Source: Sedimentisphaerales bacterium
GTDB lineage: Bacteria > Planctomycetota > Phycisphaerae > Sedimentisphaerales > Anaerobacaceae
Assembly (NCBI GenBank): GCA_963708075.1
Contig: OY970194.1
Span: 288,001 to 352,000, forward strand
Length of the DNA: 64,000 bases
Direction of reading: 5' to 3'
Shown: positions 50,628-59,297 of the stretch, one piece after another
Layout: the number at the start of each line of letters is the position of its first letter
Numbering within the stretch: the stretch's first letter is position 1
Position numbers and translations under genes: made by a program
Notes under the pieces: generated by a model
Database searches by the model: none
Told to the model about the DNA's origin: nothing
The model's input: only the letters and a program-made list of their open reading frames with translations

Positions 50628-53060
50628 ATGGAAAAATATGTTTGCATACACGGACACTTCTACCAGCCCCCGCGGGAGAATCCGTGGCTCGAATATGTCG
50701 AATTGCAGGATTCCGCATACCCGTATCACGATTGGAATGCGCGCATTACGGAGGAGTGCTACAGGCAGAATGCCGCCTCTCGCATCCTCGGGCCTGATCG
50801 CAAGATCATTGAGATCGTCAACAACTACGAGAGCATCAGCTTCGATTTCGGCCCGACCCTGGTCTACTGGCTCGAATCCCACGCTCCGGATGTGTACGAG
50901 CGGGTTCTGGAGGCAGACAGGATCAGTCGCGAGAGGTTCTCCGGGCATGGCTGCGCGATGGCTCAGGCCTATAACCATGTGATCCTGCCGCTGGCGAGCA
51001 TGCGTGATAAGCACACGCAGGTACTCTGGGGTATCGAGGATTTCAAGCGGCGGTTTCAGAGAGACCCGGAGGGGATGTGGCTGCCGGAGACGGCCGTGGA
51101 TCTGGCCACGCTCGAAGTGCTGGTGGATTACGGGATCAAGTTCACGATTCTAGCCCCTCGGCAGGCGAAGCGAACGCGGAAGACAGGAGCGGGGCGCCGG
51201 TGGCGCGATGTGAATGAGAGCGACGTGGACACGACCGTGCCATACATCTGCATTCTTCCTTCCGGAAGGCAGATTGTGCTGTTCTTCTACAGTGGGCGGC
51301 CTTCCCACGACATCGCGTACGGCGGGTTGCTGCACAGCGGCGAGAACTTCGCCCGGCGGATCATGGATTCCTTCCCCCCGGAGGACGGGCAGGCGCACCT
51401 GGCTCACGTGGCTACGGATGGTGAATCGTTCGGCCATCATCATCATCACGGCGATATGGCCCTGGCGTACTGCCTGCACCATATTCAGGAAAACCGTCTG
51501 GCCAAAATAACGACCTATGCCGAGTTCCTCGCGAAATTCCCGCCCGAGTACGAGGCGGAGATCTGGGAGAGCAGCTCCTGGAGTTGTGCGCATGGGGTGG
51601 AGCGATGGCGTGGCAATTGCGGCTGTGCCGCCGATCCGTCGCGTTCCGGCCGCCAGCAGTGGCGTGCCCCGCTGCGCCACGCCATGGATTGGCTGCGGGA
51701 CAAGATCGCCGAGGTCTACGAAGCCCGCATGTCGAAGTATCATCCAGACCCCTGGAAGCTCCGCAACGAGTACATATCGGTTATCAATGACCGATCCCAG
51801 GAGAATGTACGGAACTTCATCACAAAGGCGGCCGGCCGGGAGTTGAATCACGAGGACAAGGTCACTTTCCTGAAGCTGCTGGAGATGCAGCGCAACGGCT
51901 TGCTCATGTACACGAGCTGCGGGTGGTTCTTCGATAACCTCTGCGGCATCGAAGCCGTGCAGGTGATGATGTACGCCGCTCGGGCCATGCAACTGTGTCA
52001 CGAGATCCAGAGTTGGAATCTCGAGCCCGAATTCAAGGGCATGCTCCAGAACGCTCCCACGGACACGAGACCCTTCACCAACGGACGGGAAGTGTATGAA
52101 GCGTATGTAGAGCCCGCCCGCATCGATCTGCATCGCGTCGGCGCCCATTTCGCGCTGAGCTCGGTCTTCGAGGAATCGGCGGAAGAAAAGACGGACATCT
52201 ACTGCTACTCGGCCTCGATCGAGGACTTCGAGCGCGTGGAAGCCGGCGTCCAGATCCTCACGACAAGCCGGACCAAGATCCATTCGAACATCACGCTCGA
52301 GGAATACGCCGTCGATTCGGCGGTGCTCTATCTGGGCGACCATCATCTCTTTGCGTCCGTGCAGGGGCGAATGACCGACGAGCAGTTCAAGCGCAACCGC
52401 CAGGACCTGAGCAAGGCATTTCGCAAAGGCGACAGCAATGAGGTCATGCGGCTGATGAACACCGCCTTCAGCGGAAAGAACTATTCACTCACCCACCTGT
52501 TCAAGGATCAGCAGCGGCAAATTCTCAATGACCTGCTTGAAAGCACCTGGGAGGAGATCGAGAGCTCCTTCCGCCACATCTACGAGCACAATTACGCCAT
52601 CATGCAGATGATCCGGAACATGAACATGCCGCTGCCCAAGGCCCTCTCGGCGCCGGCGGAGTTCATTCTGAACCAGGACATCTGCGCCGCGATCCAGGCG
52701 GATGAGATCGATCTGCACCGGCTGCGGGACCTGGCCGATGAAGCGGAGCAGTTGTCGCTGAGCCTGGACAAGGAGCGATTGAGCTTCGAAGGCAGCCGCA
52801 AGATCGACAGGCTCACGAGCCAATGGCGAGATAACCCGGAAGACCTCGACCTCCTGTGGTCCATCGAGAAGGGCCTGGAAATCCTCCGCATGCTGACGCC
52901 CGAAATGGACCTGCAGCACGCACAGAACGTTTTCTTTACGGTTGCCAGGGGGAAGTACCCGGAGATGAGGCGCAAGGCCGAGGCCGCCGATGAGAAAGCG
53001 GCCCGATGGGTTGAGCACTTCGGCCATCTCGCACAGCGCCTGGGTCTGGCAATCCCATAG
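50628..53060 (+). CDS. GH57 family glycoside hydrolase with DUF3536
   Basis: CIHGHFYQPPRENPW, YNHVILPLA, GMWLPETAVD, ATDGESFGHH, SWSCAHGVERW, MYTSCGWFFD. Confidence 0.93.
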   Translation: MEKYVCIHGHFYQPPRENPWLEYVELQDSAYPYHDWNARITEECYRQNAASRILGPDRKIIEIVNNYESISFDFGPTLVYWLESHAPDVYERVLEADRISRERFSGHGCAMAQAYNHVILPLASMRDKHTQVLWGIEDFKRRFQRDPEGMWLPETAVDLATLEVLVDYGIKFTILAPRQAKRTRKTGAGRRWRDVNESDVDTTVPYICILPSGRQIVLFFYSGRPSHDIAYGGLLHSGENFARRIMDSFPPEDGQAHLAHVATDGESFGHHHHHGDMALAYCLHHIQENRLAKITTYAEFLAKFPPEYEAEIWESSSWSCAHGVERWRGNCGCAADPSRSGRQQWRAPLRHAMDWLRDKIAEVYEARMSKYHPDPWKLRNEYISVINDRSQENVRNFITKAAGRELNHEDKVTFLKLLEMQRNGLLMYTSCGWFFDNLCGIEAVQVMMYAARAMQLCHEIQSWNLEPEFKGMLQNAPTDTRPFTNGREVYEAYVEPARIDLHRVGAHFALSSVFEESAEEKTDIYCYSASIEDFERVEAGVQILTTSRTKIHSNITLEEYAVDSAVLYLGDHHLFASVQGRMTDEQFKRNRQDLSKAFRKGDSNEVMRLMNTAFSGKNYSLTHLFKDQQRQILNDLLESTWEEIESSFRHIYEHNYAIMQMIRNMNMPLPKALSAPAEFILNQDICAAIQADEIDLHRLRDLADEAEQLSLSLDKERLSFEGSRKIDRLTSQWRDNPEDLDLLWSIEKGLEILRMLTPEMDLQHAQNVFFTVARGKYPEMRRKAEAADEKAARWVEHFGHLAQRLGLAIP

Positions 53061-53091
53061 AAGATTTGAAATTCGAGATCATGGAAGAGAT

Positions 53092-54621
53092 ATGCTTAGA
53101 CGACGATCCAGCGGCGTTCTGTTGCATGCTACATCCCTGCCTTCCAGGCACGGCATTGGCGATCTGGGCCCCGAGGCGCACAAGTTCGTCGATTTTCTCA
53201 AGGCGGCGGGCCAGAATTACTGGCAGCTTCTGCCGATCAATCACACGACGGCACAGACAGGGTATTCGCCTTACAACTGCTTTTCCGCGTTCGCCGGCAA
53301 CCCGCTGCTGATCAGCCCGGACCTGCTGCATCGCGATGGCCTGCTGACAAAAAGCGAGATCCAGGCCCCTCCGCGTTTTCCGGTGGATATGGTCGATTTC
53401 AAGAAAGCCGCCGCGTACAAACACGAGCTGCTCGACAAAGCATTCGATCGATTCCGGGAGCGTGCAAAGCCTGCGGCCTATGAGGCGTTCACGCAGGAAC
53501 ATCGCGCCTGGCTGGATGCCTACGCCGCATTCGTGGCGCTGAAGCGGCATTTTCGGGGCAAACCGTGGGGCGATTGGCCGGCCGCGATGCGGGATTTCGG
53601 ATTGCGGATTTCGGATGTCGGATTAGAATCGTCGCTCGCAGCAAATCCGCAATCCGCAATCATCAATCCGCAATCGGTAGAGCGAGAGCGATTCCTCCAA
53701 TACATTTTCTACAAGCAATATCTCGATCTGAAGCGTTACTGCAACGAGCAGGGCGTGCAGGTGGCCGGGGATGTCCCGATCTACGTGGCCTACGACAGCG
53801 CCGACGTCTGGTCCCATCCCGGCCTGTTCAAGCTGAACCGGTCCAAGCGGCCTCGCTTCATCGCCGGCGTGCCGCCCGACTACTTCAGCCGGACGGGACA
53901 GCTCTGGGGCAATCCGGTCTACGACTGGCGGCAACTGGAGCAGACGAATTTCCACTGGTGGATCCAGCGGATGCGGCACAATCTGCTCCTGTTCGATTTC
54001 GTCCGCATCGATCATTTCCGGGGCTTTGTCGCTTATTGGGAAGTGCCCGCCAGTCAAAAAACGGCCATCCACGGCAAGTGGGTGCAGGTCCCGCACGGGA
54101 GGTTCTTCCGGGAGCTGTTCCGGCAGATTCCGTTCGGCGCCATCTTCGCGGAGGACCTCGGGTACATCACCGCCGACGTGCGCGAGGTGGTGAACCATCA
54201 TAATTTCCCGCGCATGGTCGTGCTGCAATTCGCCTTTGGCGGCTCGGCGCAGAATCTCCACATGCCCCACAACCACGTCGAGAACTCCATCGTTTACACG
54301 GGCACACACGACAACAACACAACGCGAGGCTGGTTCGATCGCGAGCTCAAGGGCGAGTCCCGCAAGCACCTGTTCGAGTACCTCGGCCGCAAGGTTGCGC
54401 CCGCGGACATCGCCTGGGAGATGATGCGCGTGGCTATGGGCTCCGTAGCGAAGATCGCCATCATCCCCATGCAGGACGTGCTGGGCCTGGGAGCGGCGGC
54501 GCGAATGAACACGCCCGCCGGTAAGGACGGCAACTGGCAGTGGCGGATGCGCCCGGGCCAGACCACAACACCGCTGGCTCGCCGGCTGCGGGAGTTGACC
54601 GCTCTCTACGGGCGAACGTGA
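53092..54621 (+). CDS. malQ: 4-alpha-glucanotransferase (amylomaltase, GH77)
   Basis: RSSGVLLH.TSLP, GDVPIYV, GVPPDYFSRTGQLWGNP, RIDHFRG, AEDLG, YTGTHDN. Confidence 0.95.
   Translation: MLRRRSSGVLLHATSLPSRHGIGDLGPEAHKFVDFLKAAGQNYWQLLPINHTTAQTGYSPYNCFSAFAGNPLLISPDLLHRDGLLTKSEIQAPPRFPVDMVDFKKAAAYKHELLDKAFDRFRERAKPAAYEAFTQEHRAWLDAYAAFVALKRHFRGKPWGDWPAAMRDFGLRISDVGLESSLAANPQSAIINPQSVERERFLQYIFYKQYLDLKRYCNEQGVQVAGDVPIYVAYDSADVWSHPGLFKLNRSKRPRFIAGVPPDYFSRTGQLWGNPVYDWRQLEQTNFHWWIQRMRHNLLLFDFVRIDHFRGFVAYWEVPASQKTAIHGKWVQVPHGRFFRELFRQIPFGAIFAEDLGYITADVREVVNHHNFPRMVVLQFAFGGSAQNLHMPHNHVENSIVYTGTHDNNTTRGWFDRELKGESRKHLFEYLGRKVAPADIAWEMMRVAMGSVAKIAIIPMQDVLGLGAAARMNTPAGKDGNWQWRMRPGQTTTPLARRLRELTALYGRT
53593..53675. 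repeat. Inverted heptamer-repeat element lying in frame inside malQ
   Basis: GATTTCG GATTGCG GATTTCG GATGTCG GATT - spacer - AATCCGC AATCCGC AATCATC AATCCGC AATC; translated as DFGLRISDVGLESSLAANPQSAIINPQS. Confidence 0.85.
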
Positions 54622-54629
54622 GACGCACA

Positions 54630-57405
54630 TCACGGGCTCTGTGCGATGAGGATGGAAACGGGGAACTCGCAGAGGATATCCCCGACAAGGAGCTCATTTC
54701 GCGCTGTCAATACGTTGCCTGAGAGTACATCCCGCCAACCTGAGGGGGCATTTGTCGGCAGGCTGATTTTCGTATCTTCCCAAACGTGCCGGCTCGTCGG
54801 GCTTTCGCCGGGCTTGATCAATGAGGTAAGAAACCGCGGCGCAACCGTCAGTGCATACCTGTTCTCCCGGTAGCGGAAGAAGGCGACGACGTGCTGTCCC
54901 CGGCTGCCTGTCACGGAGGCGGGGAGATAGTCTCCCTTCTCAAAGAGGTCTCTCGTTCTCCGCGCGAGCGCGAAGGCCCCTGTGGATCAGGAAGAGCTTG
55001 ATCCGAGGATCCTGATTCACCGGCATGGGCGAGGGGACCGGCCATGCCACGACTTCCCGGAGGGCCCTCATCCGACTCTCGAAATCCACGGGTCTGCGAT
55101 TGTCGGGGTCCACGAGGTTGAGGTCCCACAATTCCGCCCCCTGGTAGAAGTCAGGTACGCCGGGACAGGTGATCTTCAGGACCGTTTGGGACAGGGAATT
55201 GTAAATCCCGTACTCGCTGATCTCCTTTTGAAAGGCCAGGAAGTCGGGCCAGAAGGGGTTCTCCGACGAGCGGTCGAGGATCTCATCGATAAATCGCAGG
55301 CAGGCGCCTTCATAGGCTTCATTGGGCTCCGCCCAGTTGCTGTAAGTCTTCGCCTCGCGCACAGCCTTGATCATGTAGTCCTTGATCCGCTGCCGTAGAG
55401 ACGCACAATCTTGCGTTTCTACATCGAAGGGCAGGGTGCCCACAAGGGTCTGGTAGAGCAGGTACTTATCATTGTGGCATGGAGCCAGGATGTCGCCGAC
55501 CATTTGCCTATGTGGCTCGTTCATCTTCGCCCAGCGGGTCACCGCCTGCCGCCAGCGGTCGGGAATTTCCGAGAGGACATTGAGCCGGGCGCGGACGTCT
55601 TCGCCTCGCTTGGAATCGTGGGTGCTCGTGGCGCTCATGGCGTGCGGCCAGTTCCGGGCCCGCAACTGGTTGAAGCGGTGAAATTGATCCAGGGAAATCC
55701 CGAACGTATGGGGATCGCCGCCCACCTCGTTGAGTGACACGAACCGGTTATAGATGTAGAGCAGCGTATCCTCAAAGCCCTTGGCCATGGCGGGACCCGT
55801 GAATTGCTGAAACCGCATGAGGAAGTACTGCCGTGCCTCTCTCGCCTGGCGGTCCAATTCCGCCCGCAGGCCTGAAAGCAGCAGTGCGATGATCTCGTCC
55901 ACGCCGGGCCGGCACTCGGGGCACTTGTCCCGGGCCTTCGCGAGGGACTCCGCGAGGACAGTGCGATCCTGTTCCGTGAAGTTGTCGGCATCGACGTACG
56001 TCCGATAGACTGGAAGCGCCGCCATGAGGGCCGTCAAAGCGTCGCGCAGAGTCTCGGCCCTGTGAGGATCGTCGCTTGGGGACAATTGCATCGCCAGGTG
56101 CGTCAGGTATTCCAGTTCTCCCGCCATGTGCTGTTCCAGAATCTTCTTCTTCTCGTCATAGAGCAACTGGGTGTAGTCGGGCTCGTAACCGATGAATTCG
56201 TAGTACAATTTTGTGAGGGCCTCCTCGCTCTCCTGCCGGCAGAAGATGCCGTTGACGATGTTGCAGAATTTGTAGCCCGAGGTGCCCTGGATCGGCCACT
56301 GACTTGGCAGAAACTCGTAGAGTTCCAGGATCTTCTCGACGGCGATGTAGCAGTGAGGCAGGGTGCTATGCAGACGGGCAAGGTACGCTCTCGGGTTGTA
56401 CAATCCATCCACATGGTCGATGCGCAGGCCGGTGAAGACGCCGGCGCGGGTCAGCTCGAAGATCTTACGGTGGATTCGTTCGAACACCTGCGGGTCCTCC
56501 GTGCGCACAGCAATGAAATCACTGATGTAGAAGAACCGGCGGTAATTGATCTTCTCGTGGGCGACTTTCCACGATACGAGCTTGAAAGACTGCTGTTCGA
56601 GCAGCTTGTACAACCGGCTTTGCTCAACCTGCCCTTCGTACGGGCGATTGTAGGATTCCAACTCGCCATTGATATACAGGCGGATCATCGGGTGCTGCTC
56701 ACGGAGCCGGGTGAGCAGTGCCTTGGCTTCCGCGACCTGCCGGCGTTTCTCCGGGGAATCGTTCATCTCGCTCGAGGTTTTGAACGTATCCCGCAGCCCC
56801 TCGAAGGCCTGCACCGCTGGATCATCGCCGGCCATGGAGCCGCTGAGCAGCCGTCTGTCGTGCCACAGGACGGACTCATACGACGCCAGGCATAGAGGGA
56901 AACGCCGCGTGGAATACTGAATCGAAAGACCCTCGTTGTCCAGGGCAAGCCTGATCTCTTCTCTCTGCATAACCTCTTCCAGGGAACCCCCGAGGAACGG
57001 GGCCAGGACCCGGGTCCGCAACTCGGGATCGGGATGGTCCCGGAAGATATCGAACGAGTTATAGAATCGGCTCTTCGGACCGTTCTCAAAGAGGTCCATG
57101 AGCATCCAATTTTCGCTGGAGTACGCCATGTGGTTGGGCACGATGTCCTGCAGCCAGCCCATATGGCGGGCCTGCACCTCGGCTGCCAGGGCCTGAAAGT
57201 CGTTCCACGTGCCCAGCTCCGGGTTCAACTCATCCGGGTCGGTGACATCGTACCCGTGCGTGCTGCCGTGTGTCGCCTTGAGGATGGGCGAGGCATAGAG
57301 ATCGGTGATCCCAAGCTCGGCAAGATAGGGGACCAGGGCCTTGGCGTCCTGAAAACGGAACGCAGGATTAAATTGCAGTCTGTAGGTCGCCAACGGGACG
57401 CGCAT
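54630..57405 (-). CDS. treY: Malto-oligosyltrehalose synthase, about 924 aa with one +1 frameshift (~54953)
   Basis: ATYRLQF, GSTHGYDV, DIVPNHM, GLRIDHVDGL, VEKIL, STHDSKRGED, LVDPDNRRPVD; ORF 54630-54914 supplies the C-terminus (DLFEKGDYLP..HVVAF). Confidence 0.93.
55022..55050. repeat. Degenerate REP-like palindrome in frame inside treY
   Basis: GGCATGGGCGAGGGGACCGGCCATGCCAC; encodes VAWPVPSPMP. Confidence 0.5.
55395..55422. repeat. GTAG-type REP palindrome in frame inside treY
   Basis: GTAGAGACGCACAATCTTGCGTTTCTAC near-perfect palindrome; encodes VETQDCASL on the minus strand. Confidence 0.75.
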
Positions 57406-59284
57406 CGGTTGTCTCCTCGACGGTCGCGACTGCCTGCGTCGCCAGGGCCCCGGTTTGGCCGTGGCTGTGGCTCGCGAAGACGGCGATGCTCCTGGGCTGC
57501 ATGGGCATCCGCTGTCGGCTGTGAATTTCGCTGGGCAGTGTCGATCCAGGCCCGGCCCACCGGCTATCGGCCGAATCGAGGACTTTGCTCCAACCCGCTT
57601 CTGCAGCGCGCGGAAGTAACTGCCGGCTCTCCTGGCTGAAGTTCGCGATGCACTGGAACTGGCCGTGGGCGTGTGTGCGATGCCAGATGAGCAGCTTCTC
57701 CTGAGGCAACGACTGCACCGTCATGTTCTTCTTGCTCGCCACGTGCGGGATGTTGTTCCGCAATTGCACCAGACGCTTGTAGAACGCCAACAGGACCCCG
57801 TGCGGGTCGAGCTCCCGTTTCTCCCAGTGCAACTTGGAATTCTGAAATGTCTCCTCGGCAAAAGGGTCGGGACATTCCCGGGGCCCCGCGAAGCCATTGA
57901 ATTCGTTCTTGCGGCCCTCACGGACCGCCGCGACGAGATCCTCGCCGGAGTGACTGACGAAGTACTGAAACGGGGCATCCTCGCCATATTCCTGACCCAT
58001 GAACAGCAGGGGGACGTACGGCGACAACAGAAGCGTGCCGGCGGCCAGCTTGAGGGACTCGAAATCGACCAGTCCGGAGAGCCGTTCGCCCAACATCCGA
58101 TTGCCGACCTGGTCGTGGTTCTGCGTGCAGACTACGAACTGCCGGGCCGGTCGTTGCCTCGAGTTGCTGCCGTGGAATCTCCTGCGATACCTGGAATATT
58201 GCCACGAGAAAACGAAGCCTTCTTTGAAGGCCTTGGCCAACTGCTCGATTCTGCCAAAATCCTGGTAGTAGCTGCCGGTCTCGCCGGTCAGCAGGACGTG
58301 CAGGCTGTGATGGAAATCGTCGGACCATTGAGCGTCGAGCCCGTATCCGCCACTGCCGGGCGGCTTGATGAAGCGGACGTCGTCGAGGTCGCTCTCGCCA
58401 ATCAGGTAGTGCTTTCTGCCCGACTCGCGGGAGAACTGCCCTACGTGCTCCGTTAGCTCCTGGACGAAGTGCTTTGCACTTTGGTCGTGGATGTGGTGCA
58501 ACGCGTCCAGCCGCAGCGCGTCGAAGTGGTACTCGCGCAGCCAGAAAAGCGCGTTTTGAATGAAGAAACTGCGGACGTGATGGCTGTCCGCCGAGTCATA
58601 ATTGATCGCGTCCCCCCAGGGGATGTTGTATCTGCCTGTGAAGTACGGGCCGAAGTCCCGCAGGTAGTTGCCTTCGGGTCCCATGTGGTTGTACACGACA
58701 TCGAGGATGGCGGACATGCGCTGGTGGTGGATGGCGTTGATGAGAGCCTTGAGGCCGTCCGGGCCGCCGTAGGAATTCTGGACGGCATAGGGATAGGCGC
58801 CGTCGTAGCCCCAGTTGCGCTCGCCGGGGAACTGGGCCACGGGCATCAACTCGATCGCCGTGATGCCCAGCTCGCGCAGTGCGGGCAGGCGGGGGATGAT
58901 CGCCTCGAACGTGCCCTCCGGCGTGAAGGTGCCCACGTGCAACTCGTAGATCAGCATGTCCTCCAGCGGCACGCCTTCCCAACCCGCGTCGGTCCAGACA
59001 GACGCACCGTGGTTGACTACCTGGCTGGGTCCATGGACGCCCTCCGGCTGGAAACAGGACGCGGGGTCCGGGCGACGATTCGTTTCCTCAAGGATGTACA
59101 GATACCGGCTGCCGGGCGGGACGTCCTCGATGGCGGCCTGCCAGTAGCCCGCCTCATCTTTCTCCAGGGCCAGCGTGCGCTCATGGGGTGCCACGATCTG
59201 TAGCTCCACCTTCTGCAACTGCGGCGCCCAGACGCGAAAGCCGCACTTATTCCCTCCCTGGTAATGGGCGCCGACTCTGATCAA
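57368..59284 (-). CDS. treZ: Malto-oligosyltrehalose trehalohydrolase
   Basis: FRVWAP, YELHVGTFT, RNWGYDG, DVVYNH, LRLDA, QNHDQVGNR; TTG start with a GGAGG RBS. Confidence 0.95.
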   Translation of the reverse strand: MIRVGAHYQGGNKCGFRVWAPQLQKVELQIVAPHERTLALEKDEAGYWQAAIEDVPPGSRYLYILEETNRRPDPASCFQPEGVHGPSQVVNHGASVWTDAGWEGVPLEDMLIYELHVGTFTPEGTFEAIIPRLPALRELGITAIELMPVAQFPGERNWGYDGAYPYAVQNSYGGPDGLKALINAIHHQRMSAILDVVYNHMGPEGNYLRDFGPYFTGRYNIPWGDAINYDSADSHHVRSFFIQNALFWLREYHFDALRLDALHHIHDQSAKHFVQELTEHVGQFSRESGRKHYLIGESDLDDVRFIKPPGSGGYGLDAQWSDDFHHSLHVLLTGETGSYYQDFGRIEQLAKAFKEGFVFSWQYSRYRRRFHGSNSRQRPARQFVVCTQNHDQVGNRMLGERLSGLVDFESLKLAAGTLLLSPYVPLLFMGQEYGEDAPFQYFVSHSGEDLVAAVREGRKNEFNGFAGPRECPDPFAEETFQNSKLHWEKRELDPHGVLLAFYKRLVQLRNNIPHVASKKNMTVQSLPQEKLLIWHRTHAHGQFQCIANFSQESRQLLPRAAEAGWSKVLDSADSRWAGPGSTLPSEIHSRQRMPMQPRSIAVFASHSHGQTGALATQAVATVEETTDARPVGDLQTAI

Positions 59285-59297
59285 TGTGTTCCTCCCG

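Noticed and set aside
51435..51449. Poly-His (HHHHH) in the GH57 protein as a special metal tag
   Set aside because: It is a minor extension of the family's conserved DGE..GHH motif
7284..57405. Split ORFs (VWA, BatA-VWA, LamG, melA, treY) as true pseudogenes or programmed frameshifts
   Set aside because: All are single-base indels with no other decay, there are no slippery heptamers, and they cluster on two short motifs; sequencing error is the simpler explanation
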